Assembly: GCF_009914755.1 (NCBI RefSeq)
Contig: NC_060939.1
Length of the DNA stretch: 64,000 nucleotides
Strand: one strand, 5' to 3'
DNA from: the human T2T-CHM13v2.0 reference genome, Homo sapiens
In this document: positions 1-13,295 of the stretch, piece after piece
Position numbering within the stretch: position 1 is the first letter of the stretch
Layout: the number at the start of each line of letters is the position of its first letter
Notes under the pieces: generated by a model
Seen by the model: only the letters and a program-made list of their open reading frames with translations
Told to the model about the DNA's origin: nothing
The model's database searches: none
Made by a program: the position numbers and the translations under genes

Positions 1-1034
1 GGGGTGGTGTCAGGAGCAGGGGTTCCAGCTGTGCACTGCCAAGGATGCATTTTAGCACAGAAAACAAGAACAATGCATCTTGGAACTGTTTATGGGACAT
101 GATGATCACCACTTAGTATCCAGTGATTTATTAAGTCTAACATGGTTCCATTTTAGAAGATATGGTTCCATTTTAGAAGAATCAAGAAGAGTATGTCCTG
201 GAATTAATTTTAAACTCATTGGAGGAGGCCCAAGCAGTTAATCAGCTAGTGAGTTCATTGCTAATGAGACTTGTGTGTCAGTTAGGAAGGAGTATGTTTT
301 GTGGTCGTTTCTATCTGTCAACTTAGGTTGTTTACTGAGGCAAAATGGAGGAAAGTTTAATAGTGGAGATGGTAATAGCGAATATTTTGCGGTAGTACCC
401 CAAAATATTAAAAATATGGTAGTATTGTATGCCGGCATTGTTTTAAAATGCTCTTTATGTATTAACATGTTCAGTTTACAGATGGTGTTCAGAGGGATTA
501 AGGAACTTGCCCCAGGACAAACACTGTGGCTGGATTTGGCACTGGCTGTGTCACTGCAGGACTGGACCCTAAATGAAATTTACATCTTCAACCAGATGGA
601 ATTGGAACAGAGAAATCCTTTAGGGGTTTGGTTTGGTTTTCCTTGAGAGGTATTTGCCTTAGGACCCATAAGTATCAAAGCTTGTTGTGCTAGGTCCTTG
701 AGGGTTGCAAGGAAGAGAGATCTCCCCCTCCCCCAGCTGTCTGTGTCCTCTGAGCTCTCTCACTTTGCTGATAGCTAAGAGGAAAGGAAAGGATGGTTCT
801 GATAGCTGAATCACAGAGGCAAAGAAGCCAAGCCAATAAGTATTTATTCACAGAATGCAATTTGTATTATGTTAACAAGTCATCTGTGGGTGTTCATGTC
901 AGTTAGCTGTCATCTGAATTGATGGGAGCGTGTCTGAGTAACAAGGGTCCTTTCAGAAGGAAGTGGCAAACGGTCCCTTCAGCCACTAAGGACAGGAGCG
1001 TGGAACTCCTGAGTCATGAGAGGTAATTTGGGCA

Positions 1035-1420
1035 TATTCTCTCACCATTCTAGAAGCTAGAAGTTTGAAAACAGGTTTTACAAGGTTGGCTCCTTCCTTA
1101 GGCTCTGAAGGCAAGACTGTTCCCTGCTTGTCTCCTCTTCTGATGGTTGCCAGCCATCCTTGGCATTGCTTGCTGTAGATACGTGGCTCCAGTCTCCACT
1201 TCCATCTTCACGTGGCCTCCTCCCCTCTGTATCTGTGTCTTTGTATCCAGATTTCACTTCTTCCAAGGACACCAGTCATGGGGTTAGGACTCCCTCCAAC
1301 GAGTACGACCCCATCTTAACTTGATTACATTTGCAAAGACCCAATTCCAAATACCGTCACATTCACTGGTTTCAGATGGACATGAATTTTGTGGGGAGGG
1401 TCCCTATTCAACTTGCTACA
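1035..1420 (-). mobile_element. MaLR solo LTR, MLT1C-like
   Basis: Characteristic ttctctcaccattctagaagctagaag...aaggacaccagtcat...tcacattc blocks. Boundaries approximate. Confidence 0.7.
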
Positions 1421-2691
1421 CCAGGTAATGGGTTTCCTTTGTTTGGGATCTCTCTGCTCTGTTTGTTCGTGCTTTCCGCACTGTAAGTTGTGTCCTGTCA
1501 GTGAATATTGGTGTTCCAAGGCTGAAAGCATCACGATCCCATGCAGGTGGAATGAATATGATGAAATTATTGGCACAGCTGAAAGAAAATATATAACTGT
1601 TTAATTTATTTGAAGAAAGAACAAAGGCCCTGAGGGTTGTTAGTTCTTAAGAATTTTACTGTGTAATCATCTATGAAGTAGGCTGGAAAATGGCCGTTTT
1701 CTGTTACAAAGTACAGCGATAGTTTTTTCCTGTGCTCTTTAGCCGAGGACCGCAATTCTATCCCTAGAATCTCAGACATTTCTAGCTGAAAGAGACCTTT
1801 GGCATCATCTACTTCTAATCTAACCTTCTCATTTTACAGATGGGGCCTTTAGGGCCCAAAAAGATTAAGTGCCTTGATTCAAGGTCATCAGCCAGGAAAG
1901 GGCAGAGCAGACACTAGGACCCAGGTCTCAGAGCCCCCAGACTGGAGCTTTTCCCAGTGCAGTGGCAGTTTCTCACTCTATCTGTGCCTCCATCTGAAAA
2001 TAATGCTTTTAGCCAGGGGAGAGCAGAAAGAGGCATGGGAGACACAGCTCAGGCCTTCACCTCTGGTGGAAATACCAGTCAAGCTTGTCTTAGAGACCAG
2101 GGGCAACACTGGGAGCTCCTTTGGTGACTAGATGTTGGGCATTTGGTAGCACCTTGGTTTCCTTTGTTAATGCAGACTATAAATGGAATTCTGGCTACCA
2201 TTTACAGCACCTAAATCCCATTCATAAAATGGCAGGGAAGGTGTGGGCTAGCCGACAGAGAAGGGATTGCCACAGGGACACAGGAAGCCCAGCCCATCAT
2301 GAAGGTGGAGCTGGGTTTGGGGTGGGGGTAGGGAGACGCTTCCTTTCCATCTGCGACATACCCAGCCCTCCAGCTGTTCTCTGTGACTTCTTTTCCCTAT
2401 CTAGGCTGCCTGATGTTCATTTTAACTGGATTTCACCTGTCTGGAAAGTGGGGAGGGCCACACAAAATAATACAATGGAATCAGAGTTTGCTGTATCTAG
2501 AACAAGTTCAGAATATTAATATATAGTGACAAGTCAGACTTGGGGAAAAAAGAATACCATAAAACAAAATGCAGCAAGATAAAGTGAATGTGAAAATTTT
2601 TCTTCTAAAATTACTTATCTCCTCATTTAATACCTATGTATATGCACGTACATGCACACACTCATACTTACACATGCTTCTACATTTTATA

Positions 2692-3280
2692 CAGTCGTTC
2701 CTGTATATCCTTGGGGAAATAGTTCCAGTTCCCCTGCAGATACCAAACCCACAGATGATCAAGTCTGATATAAAATGACATAGTATTTGCATATAACCTA
2801 TGCATATCCTCCTATATACATTAAATCATCTCTAGATTACTTATAATACCTATTACAAAGTAAATGATGTAAATAATTTAAATGCTGTATTGCTTTTATT
2901 TAAATTTTTCTTTTTATACTATCTTTTCTCTTATTTTCTTTTTTTTTATTTTTTAAGACGGACTCTCACTCTGTTGCCCAGGCTGGAGTGTGGTAGTGTG
3001 GCAACCTCCACCTCTCAGGTTCAAGTGATTCTCCTGCCTCAGCCTGGGATTACAGGCACGTGCCACCATACCTGGCTAATTTTTTTGTATTTTTGGTAGA
3101 GATGGGGTCTCCCCATATTGGCCAGGCTCATCTTGAACTCCTGGTCTCAAGTGATCCGCCCGCCTCGGCCTGCAAAGTGCTAGGATTACAGGCGTGAGTC
3201 CCCTGCACCCGGCCTTATTGTCTTTTTTTTCAAAAATTTTCATCTGATTGGTTGAACCTGCAGTTAAGGAGGAACAACTG
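2692..3280. mobile_element. MER2 (Tigger-family MITE) interrupted by an Alu
   Basis: TA-flanked ends ta|cagtcgttcc ... ggaacaactg|ta, with internal gtatttgcatataacctatgcatatcctcc...catctctagattacttataatacc. Confidence 0.8.
2940..3214 (-). mobile_element. Alu (S-type)
   Basis: Antisense Alu body with poly-T head, nested in MER2. Confidence 0.92.
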
Positions 3281-4229
3281 TACTTCATTCGCTAAGGCTG
3301 GGTTCTAGATCTAGCTGCTCCATGAGGACTTCCTTGCTTAATTTTTTTTTTTCTGGACTGATTTTTATCTAAGCTTCTAAAGTACGGATAGCCTTAACAT
3401 AAATTTCTTTTCTCCCTGGTTAAAATGAGAATTTACTTAACTGCCAACCTTCACAGTGCTAGGTGCACAGGAGGTAGTCAGGTACTTAATTAAGCCTGCT
3501 GAAACTCCAGGGAGTACCCCCAGGGACATGCAGAACTGACCTGTACCTCAGGACTTCAGGTTGAAACCTTGGATCGAGGCTGTGTAGTTGGACCACAATA
3601 ATTATAAATCTCTCATAGAATTGCCTTCCCTGAATTGAATTGAATTTTAAAACCTTGGCATTTTTTGAGGGTTGAGGAAATTAATTCTCTACTGCATTTG
3701 CTATTTAAAAAAAGTTGTGGGAGGACATTGTCTGTCACATCACTCAAGGTCCCCTTACATAAAGTCCCACATTTTTTTTAAATAATTCTGTGCCAGATAA
3801 GCCCTGTTTCCACAGAGTATCTCTTATGCCACTGGGCGTAAGAGCACAATATATGTTAGCTCTCTTTCCATTTTGGAAACCATAGGTCTGACTGGGTTTC
3901 CCTTTTCCCCCTGACAGTCAGAAAGCTCAGATAAATTAATTAAAGCATAATCACATGCATTAAAGCTTTATCACATATATAATTGTTGTGTATGTTGACA
4001 TACATATTTTCCTTTCCAGTGTTTTAAAATTTCTCCTTAGATTTTCTTAGTTGCTATTTTAAAGCTTTGTTCTAATAATAAAAATGTTTGTAGTCATTAT
4101 GAATTTTGGGAAATAGAAAAAAAGAAGTCGCCAATACTCTTATAACGCAGTGATTTTAGCATTCATAAAGATTTGAATATATAATTTTCCTTCTATATCT
4201 TTAGAAATTGCCAAGTAAAACAGTCTAGA

Positions 4230-4590
4230 AGTCACAGTGGCTTCAACTGCTCATTCTCTCATGTAAAAGAAGTCCTGAGATAGGCAGTCTAGATCTGATA
4301 TGGTGGCTCCATTAAGTTGTCAAGAATTCAGATTTCTGTCTCTCTGCCCTGCTGTCATCTTAATGGGGCTCCTAGAGAGACTTCAGGGTCACTTCATGGC
4401 CCAAGAGGGCTGTTAGAGTTGCAGCCATGTTTTCTGCATTCCAGGGATGCAAGAAGGGAAAAGGGCAGACAAAGGGTGAACTCCCTGCCCTCTAAGGAGC
4501 TTTCCCAAAAATTAGATCTACCCCTCCAGAGCTGACCAGAATTTAGTTACATGGACTCACCTAGCTAAGGGAAGCCAGAAAGCATTCACC
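4230..4590 (-). mobile_element. Old MaLR LTR (MLT1J-like)
   Basis: Degenerate MLT1 motifs (cagtggcttcaa...ggcagtctag...gaccagaatttagttacatgg). Confidence 0.5.
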
Positions 4591-4883
4591 AGTCTTACAC
4601 ATTTCCATATCTTTCCCTATGCATATAGATTCAGTAAGGGTGTTTTCTTGAAGCTGTCTCAAATAGTTTGTGGAAAGAGTTAAGGTATAAATAAACCTCA
4701 ATGAAAATATCAATAAATAAAAGGCACTACATCTTGTTATCCTATCAGCATTGCCACTCTGCCTTTCCATCATTTTTTCTAGGGATTTTTTATTTATATA
4801 TATATATATTGATTGTATATTTTTCAAATATTCAGTCAACACAGACCTTTTCAGGGCTAGAAGGGACCTTAGATGCTTTTCTC

Positions 4884-5245
4884 CAAAGGTTGCATATTCA
4901 GATGCTTACGGGGACCATTCAGGTACCATACATTATTAAAGCGGGCCAGGGATCAGTGTTGAGGTCACCACTAATAGGGAGTGGTGGGGACTGTGGCCAC
5001 CTGGAGAGAGCTTGCTGGGTCTGAAGGGGGGCAGCCCTGCTCAGCTCTGTCCATTGTTGCCGTGTGAGAATGCTGGCCCTGTGTTGCCAAATCTTCTGAT
5101 TTTGTTTCCAAGAGAAACCAGAAATCTAGATTTTTATCTGAAATCTCCTGGTGTTAATAATATGGCAATGAATAAATTAATTTTTTTTAAATGCCAGCTG
5201 AATGCAACACTGCCTGCCCCATGGGCTGCCAGTTTAGGATCTTTG
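4884..5245. mobile_element. hAT-Charlie DNA transposon remnant (MER102-like)
   Basis: aagagaaaccagaaatctagatttttatctgaaatctcc and terminal gggctgccagtttaggatctttg. Confidence 0.5.
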
Positions 5246-5629
5246 ATCTGGTCCATGCCCTGTTTTTCATTTGGCAGCCAAGCCTGTGGGGTCAGGTGGC
5301 CTGTGATGTGGCTGAAGACTTTGCTCTTCCGGCCCCACCTCACCACAGCCTGGTCCTCTATGACTAATTTGTCTCAGAATAGGGACAGATAATAATTGGA
5401 AGCTGGGCAAGACTGTTCTGAAGGTTAATTGATTCTTTCCTTCAATGGGCTTTGTTTTTCTTCTGAGGTCATTTTGGTGTGGTAGAATCAGAAAAAAGAA
5501 ATTGGGCTTGAATCCCAGCTCTGCTGTTTACAGCTGTCTGACTTTGGGCAAGCCTCTGGTGTCTTGTGTGTGTCTCCTGCACCATCCATTTTCTTGCTTG
5601 CCTCTCTTTCTTTCTCACTTACCTGCCTT

Positions 5630-5875
5630 CAAGTAGCACAGCATGGTGATTAAGAGGAGGATCTCTTGGGCCAGATATGAAAGCTGGCTTTTCTACCCAC
5701 CAGCTGTATGACACTGGGAAAGTAACTTAAACTTTCTATGTCTCAGTTACCTTGTCTATAAAATGGGGTAATAATAGCATCTACCTCATAGGGTACAGGA
5801 AGGATTAAATGAGCTACCATATGTCAAGTTTGAAGAGCAGAGCTTAGCACGTAGATAGTGCTGCATAAACATTGG
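5630..5875 (+). mobile_element. MIR
   Basis: Core tctcagttaccttgtctataaaatggggataataatagcatctacctcataggg-like sequence. Confidence 0.75.
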
Positions 5876-6577
5876 GCTGTTTCCCCCATGTTCTCTCTTT
5901 TGCTTCTGCTGCTTTGGAAGCCATAGATCTTTTAGCAGCTTCTTGCACTAGGCTCAGCTCAGGTCCCCCATCTGACAGCAAGCACTTTTAGCTTCTGGCG
6001 CTTCTCAGCAGCCAGCCTCTGGCCATAGTCTGAACTCAGACCCTACAAGCAATGCAATCCCCTACCTTTTGCTTTTGGCCCTGTTCTGTTTCTGGTACTT
6101 TGTTTTTGAGCCCATCTGTGCCCTATTACTTTTCTCAGCTCATATTTTTTTCTGTCCCTGCTGTATGTTTGGAAGAGAACAAATAAGTCGACTGGCTGTG
6201 CTGTCTCGATCTCAAGCCTTGCTAAGTTATTTCATTGGTCACACAGAGATGTTACCTGTCCTGTTAGGCATTTCTGGAGATTATGTTGTGAGATAAAGGT
6301 TCAAAGCAGTGTGAATTGGCTTTAGCCAGAATTAGGAACACAGCAGAAAACTTGTCCTAGAAACCAGAGAGAGCCTGTCAGTCTTGGTGGATTCACAAAG
6401 CCTTCCCGCAGCAGGCTTGTTAAAAAGGCCAAACATTCAAGAGTGTGGCATACATGTTAATTAACAAAATTGTCTTTTCCCTAAAGACTTTAAATGCAGA
6501 GGAACTTGACTGTGCTTACGTTTCAATTAAACTGCTTCTTTTTCGTTCTTTAAAACATTACCATCCAATCTTTTTAG

Positions 6578-6677
6578 CTTTTAGGTTTGTTTGAATAAGA
6601 GATCTGACCTGACCGGCCCAACTGTACAACTCTTCAAGGAAAATTCGTATTTGCAGTGGGAAGAATAAGTAACATTG
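6578..6677 (+). other. ABHD2: ABHD2 5'UTR exon, 100 nt (conventionally exon 2)
   Basis: Acceptor tctttttag|C at 6577/6578 and donor TTG|gtatgt at 6677/6678. Non-repetitive, contains no ATG, and matches my recollection of the ABHD2 mRNA leader (...aagtaacattg-atcaagATG). Confidence 0.8.
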
Positions 6678-7084
6678 GTATGTATTGCTGAGACTCTTAT
6701 TTTTGTTTCTCCTCCCCTTATGTTAGGAAGCAGTGAATAGAAGTGGGAAGGGAAGGACTGACTTGTTTAATTCAACAAGTCCACCCCAAACCAACAAGGA
6801 AACTGGTAGAAACTACTTGCTGCATTACCCTGTTCTGTTTCCAACAAAGGTGATGAGGAAGAACTTCTAGTTCAGTTCTGTATTACCAGCATATAGTCAG
6901 AGAATTTCTGGTGGATTTTAGTTTTGGTCCTCTAATAGAATGTGGAGACTTAAAAGCCTATATTAACAAGCTGCATCATCTTGGACATTTGTTTAGCCTT
7001 TGTTTGGCATCCGTGGCAGGGTTTGGACAAGGTGAGGAATGGCAGCCACAGGTTAAACCTATTGGGCATCTTAGTGCAGTGCTA

Positions 7085-7246
7085 TGTACTTTTTTAGGCC
7101 ACAGACCCTTTTTAGAGAATCTGATTAAAGCTGCGAACCCTCTGCCCAGAAAACTGCTCATGTGCACAAACTTTCACATGATTTCAGGGGGTTCTTAGAC
7201 CGCAGGATCCCACAGGGAACCCACAGACCCCAAGTTAAGGATCCTT
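7085..7246. mobile_element. Short hAT-Charlie MITE remnant
   Basis: cacagacccttttagagaatctgattaaagct...gaccccaagttaaggatccttg resembles hAT MITE termini. Subfamily uncertain. Confidence 0.5.
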
Positions 7247-7318
7247 GTTTTAGGGGTTTATAGACAGCTTTCAGGGGATATGACCCCAGGAGTGAGGAGG
7301 AGTGTCACCAGAAGTTAA

Positions 7319-7635
<317 letters not shown>

Positions 7636-8217
7636 CAGAAGTTAAGTTTTAGGAAAACTGTCTCCTCACAGAAGTTCAGTGTAGCTGAGTTTATATTCAT
7701 GGCCTAGCCTTGATTTGAAATTGTGTCAGTAAGTTTTTAAAAATCCTTGTCTTGCCCTGATGGTGGAAGACTAGTTACGGAGCTGTGATCTTTTACTTCC
7801 ATTCATTACTGAATTAGGAATCCCTGCCAGAGATTTTCTGCCAAAGTGACCTCGAGTTTAGAAAAGGGTTTCTGAGTCCTCTCTGGACTTACTGTAGGTC
7901 TTAGGAAAGTTCAGTCGGTTATACCCCAAACACAGTTGGTGGAGATTGTTTTGTTCTGCCTGTCTCTAGCACTGGCTACCAGAGCTCTCATGATGACTGT
8001 TGTTAGCAGAGGCTACTTGAAACCATTCCAGGGGAAGCTGTTACCATAGCTACCTTGGCTATGAGAGTTACCATTTTCTCTTTTTTGTTAGCTTGTGATT
8101 TCCCTGATTTTTAAGGTTAACAGCTGATGTTCTGTTTTTCTGCCGAGCAGCAAGGAAAATACTGGATTTTTGTTGCTGTTGCTTTTGTCATTGCTTATGT
8201 TTGGTTTTATATGTTTG

Positions 8218-8220
<3 letters not shown>

Positions 8221-8260
<40 letters not shown>
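8221..8260 (+). repeat. (GT)20 microsatellite
   Basis: Perfect dinucleotide run. Confidence 0.98.
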
Positions 8261-8263
<3 letters not shown>

Positions 8264-9156
8264 GTATATAAGGTAAAGTTACTTCAAAAGAGAAATATTG
8301 GGAGAGCTTGGGAAAGGCCAGATGAGCATATACATTTTCTGTATTCCAATTTTAGATTTTGACCTAGTGGTCAATTTGGTTTACTTTTAACCTAATTTTG
8401 GACTAATGGCTATAGTCAGGTAGCCTCCGCAGGGGGAAAAAACAAAACAAAACAAACTAGCCGAGCTCTATTTCATTCCTGAAACCCTTAGTAGCCAGGA
8501 TCGCTGCGACCTGGGCTGAGTCTGACCCAGACTCCAGCACTGGGGAGCCTGTGGGGAGCAGATGGCTGAGTCAGGCTGAGGTTGCTTTATCTCAGCCTGC
8601 TCTGCAAATAAAGGGGTGAAGCCAGCAGGCAGTACAACCACACCTGGTGGCACCAGCAGTCCTTTCCGGGTTTCTGTTCAAGGCTGTAAACACAACATTT
8701 AACACACACCTGGGGCACCAGGTGCAGGTTAAGCCTACAGAGAGGAAAAAAAACAAAAGGATGACCTGTTAACAAAAATCAAAGTGCTACCCCTAGTCCT
8801 GCAGCCACCTCTTCGACTGATCTTATTTTTCCCCCTCCGATAAAGGACACTATTCTTAGCATTTTTCAATTTTCTGATTTGCTCATCTTAGAAATGCTTG
8901 TGAAATTATAAAAAGAAAACACAGTACCCAGTTTATCCATGCTCAGACTGTTTGTGATTTGGATTATGGCCAGTTGATTAGTAGCTGTAAGATGCTGGTG
9001 GTGTCTGCCTGTCAGGAGCCTGTGGAAACATCTGAATTGTGACACACCATCACTGGCAGTATCTGTTAGCCCACCATGCGTCTGTAGGGTGGTGGGCACC
9101 ACCCGTCCTCACTGTGCTTGTAAACTTAGACCTGTGCCTCTGCTCCCCAGATCAAG

Positions 9157-9350
9157 ATGAATGCCATGCTGGAGACTCCCGAACTCCCAGCCGTGTTTGA
9201 TGGAGTGAAGCTGGCTGCAGTGGCTGCTGTGCTGTACGTGATCGTCCGGTGTTTGAACCTGAAGAGCCCCACAGCCCCACCTGACCTCTACTTCCAGGAC
9301 TCGGGGCTCTCACGCTTTCTGCTCAAGTCCTGTCCTCTTCTGACCAAAGA
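9157..9350 (+). CDS. ABHD2: ABHD2 first coding exon (exon starts 9151; M1-K64 plus 2 nt of E65), includes the hydrophobic signal-anchor
   Basis: Encodes MNAMLETPELPAVFDGVKLAAVAAVLYVIVRCLNLKSPTAPPDLYFQDSGLSRFLLKSCPLLTKE. Acceptor ctctgctccccag|ATC at 9150/9151, donor AGA|gtgagt at 9350/9351, phase 2. Confidence 0.97.
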
Positions 9351-9864
9351 GTGAGTAGACCTCATGCCCTCTGTATGCTCAGCTGCTGATGTATTTGGCT
9401 TTGTGTGATGTTCAAAGAAGAAACTTCTCTCATCGTGTCCTTAAGGCATCAATGGGATATGACGTCACTGGTGTTAAAATAGCCACAGTCTGATTGCAGT
9501 CTAGTGTTTGAATCCTGGAGGGTAGGAGAGAATCAGATCTCTGTTGCCTGAAACATTCCTTCCTCTACAGTGTGATGTCATTATCCATGACAGGGACTTT
9601 GCAGAAAATAGTAGTCATTTTTAGGCAGATATGGAAAAGTTGGACAATATTCTAGTCCTTTAACGAATGCTTTGTTGCCAGTTCTAGGATGGAGAAACTA
9701 TCCTCACCCAAAATAATTAATAAGCAAAAAAGCACAGATCCATTAGTTGAGTACTCTCCATCTGCCTTGTTGAAAAATGTACCAAGCATTAGCTAAGAGA
9801 ATGCACTTAAAGAGAGTGCTTTGTATGAGTGAACCAGGTTTCCCTATAGAAGCCCAGATCTGTA

Positions 9865-10153
<289 letters not shown>

Positions 10154-11001
10154 TCCAGATCTGTATTTTGGAGGCAGCAGGGGCGGGCTCTGCTTCTGAC
10201 AGAGGAAACTGTAGTTGTAAAATGAAGGGAATCTGCACTCTGTGTCACACATACTGTTTTCAAGAGATGCAGTGTTCACTTTTTCTCTATAGATGTCTTC
10301 TGAATGACTGTGTCTTCCTCCAGGGCTCAGGCCAAGCCTCGTGCACAGTGGGTCTGAATTCCCCACTCCTTTTGTCATGCTGCTTCACTCGCTTTGTGCT
10401 TTTTCAAGCTTACTCCATTCTGCCTGTGCCTTCTCAGGCTGCAGCTACTCAGAGAGATGTCTTCCTCAAGTGTGTCCGTTCAGCACATGACTAATGCAGT
10501 TGCTAAGACCCAATGGTGGTAGAAGCTCTTCCCTGCATCCTGATAGCACCTCTCATCACCTCTTTTGGCTGTTGGGGACACTGGATGAATGATTCTCTTC
10601 TAAGAGCAGACAAATAGGCAATGAACATCTGAGAGTTTGGGCCCCTGCTTTGTGTAGTTGTCTAGTTAATTTTCACATGTACTATTATGTGCTTTAGGTG
10701 TTTTGGGTGTACATGGGCGGTATTCTTATGCAGTTTTCTCATAGTTGTGACAGTGATGTCATGACCCCAAGTCAAGAGAGAGATTGCGTAATAGTGGTGG
10801 ACACTATAAATGTCATCATACTGAATTTGGAACTGCCCCTGCTGAGGGGACTTTTTATTACAGTAGCCTCCACAGCCAGGCACAAGAGCAAGGACATGGT
10901 GTTCTTATATGCAGTGTTTGCAGTTAAAAATCAGCTCTGTAAAGGGTGTGCACGGTATATGTTTTGAAAATCATCCAGTATTTGTCATAGTCATATTTTG
11001 A

Positions 11002-11300
<299 letters not shown>

Positions 11301-13295
11301 TGAATTTTTTTTAATACTTAATTTAGATCAATAACTTCGACTGGTACTGAAATTTGCACTCACTTTCAGCTTACAGTTTGGGTAGGACTGCTAGACCCAG
11401 TTCTTTTGTCATCTCATTCTTAGAGAGCTCTTGAAAACCAAAGTATTTAAAACCCTGCAAGTTTCTGTGCAGATGAGTGCAAATTTCCACCCAGCATTGG
11501 TTCCTGAGTAATTAGAGGAAGGAAGCCATGCAAAAGCTGCTATTGCCCAGGCTCCAGAAAAACATCATGTAAGGTTTGATTCCATACTAATTGTTCAAAG
11601 TGTAAAAGAAAGCTGACTGTGGCAGTTTTTACCTCCTTTTCTTTTTTTTCCTTTTAAAAATAATCCAGAGACATTAAGCCCAACAGTTTCTCTTTGCTTT
11701 TTTCCCTCTCTAGCACATTTTCTTGATGAGTCTAAGGTGTGACCTCTACTGAAATGGCTCCCACCCACCTCCTCCTATGGAAGTGGATCCCCAGCCCCAT
11801 CTCCTTGGACCTCGTGGCTGTGTTTAGAAAATTAGCATCAGCCTAAGCCAGGGGCATCAGCATGGAGCCCCCTGGTCATTGGCTGATTGCCACCCTCTCT
11901 CCTGGTGAAGCCCGAACTAGGGAGTGGTGGAGGTCAGCCTAAGTTAAAGGCAAACCTGATGATTGTTTATGACTTAGCTATGGTTTGAAGGTGTATGTGA
12001 AGGGACAAATTCTCCAGAACCAATTTCCTTCCAAAGCCTCTCCCTTTGATGATAGGACCAGCCCTCTTAGAGCATGTTGGAGCATTACTTAAGCAGCTAA
12101 ATTCTAAACACCCGAGCAATCTGACTTGAACATGACAAATGACTAAAGGGCAAAAGGATTCACTTTATTGCCCCCCCATCCTTCAACTCACCTCTTATTT
12201 CTGATTTAGATTCTAATTTTAGGAATCACTGTATCCTGTGTTCATGTCTCATATCACCAAAATGTTTTCACATTACCACTCTCTTTTGTCCGCGTTACTA
12301 CTGCATTTGAAATTTGTTGAGTACCTTTCATAGACGTTATGCCATTCAGTCTTACCAACCTTAAGGTTGGATTCATTTTTCCTTTCATTTTAGGGATGAG
12401 GAAACTGGGAGTAGCAGAGAGGGAAACTGAACTCAAACTGGAGTGTGACACCAGGTTGGCTGCCTTCCTATCTCTGGGGAAGTGAACAGGGACTTTTCTT
12501 GGGTACAAGTGAGAGAACTGAGGCAGAGGCCAGCCCCTGATGATGACAGCCCCTGGGTGACCTTTGATTCCCATCTGACCCTCTTTCTGTTTCTGTCACT
12601 CCACTGGAAGCTACTGTCCCCCATAGTCTTTTTCTGTGTCACATGACTATAACAACCTCCCATGTGTTGAAAGCTAAGGGCAGGAAACACGTCTGTTATG
12701 AGGGAAAGTGCTTCTCCTGGGACTTTGAAGATTTTTTTCCTACAAGGAAGCCTGTCTGCAGCCTTCACAAGCACTCGCCTAGGCTGGAAAGTTCTGTTAA
12801 CTGATTTACAACAAGCTGTGAATATTAGTCAGTAATCCTGACCGCGGGTAGCTGGTTATGATGACATGCGCGGAATCAGGACGTGTCTTCTTACTGTTCT
12901 GGTATAGAAAAAAAGTTGATGAAAGGTGAACATCGAAAGCATGCTCGAGGAGCAGGGATTACTGTTTTCCCCCTCAGCATTAAAGTCAATTTGAAAATCT
13001 GTTCTAAGATGATTTACCCAAAGATACATTATAAATTAATCTTTTAATGTCTGGAGGAAAACTTTGCTTCAGTGGGATGTTATGTCTCCTGTTCTCTTAG
13101 AAACAGATCAATATTTACCTAGTGATTCATTTTTTGTTCTCATGAAGTGTTTACTTTTAGTGAAACAAGCAGACGCCCAGTTCGGAATTATGACAAAAAT
13201 CTAGATAGTCATACAAATCTTTTTTTTTCAATAAAAACTTTAATGCATATTCATTTTTTTAAATGGAAAAGGTAGAGCACACAAAAATTATCTAT

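Noticed and set aside
39-140. Hairpin ccaaggatgcatt...aatgcatcttgg and a box C-like ATGATGA, suggesting a miRNA or snoRNA
   Set aside because: The stem is only about 12 bp with a large loop, and there is no correctly placed box D (CTGA) or terminal stem.
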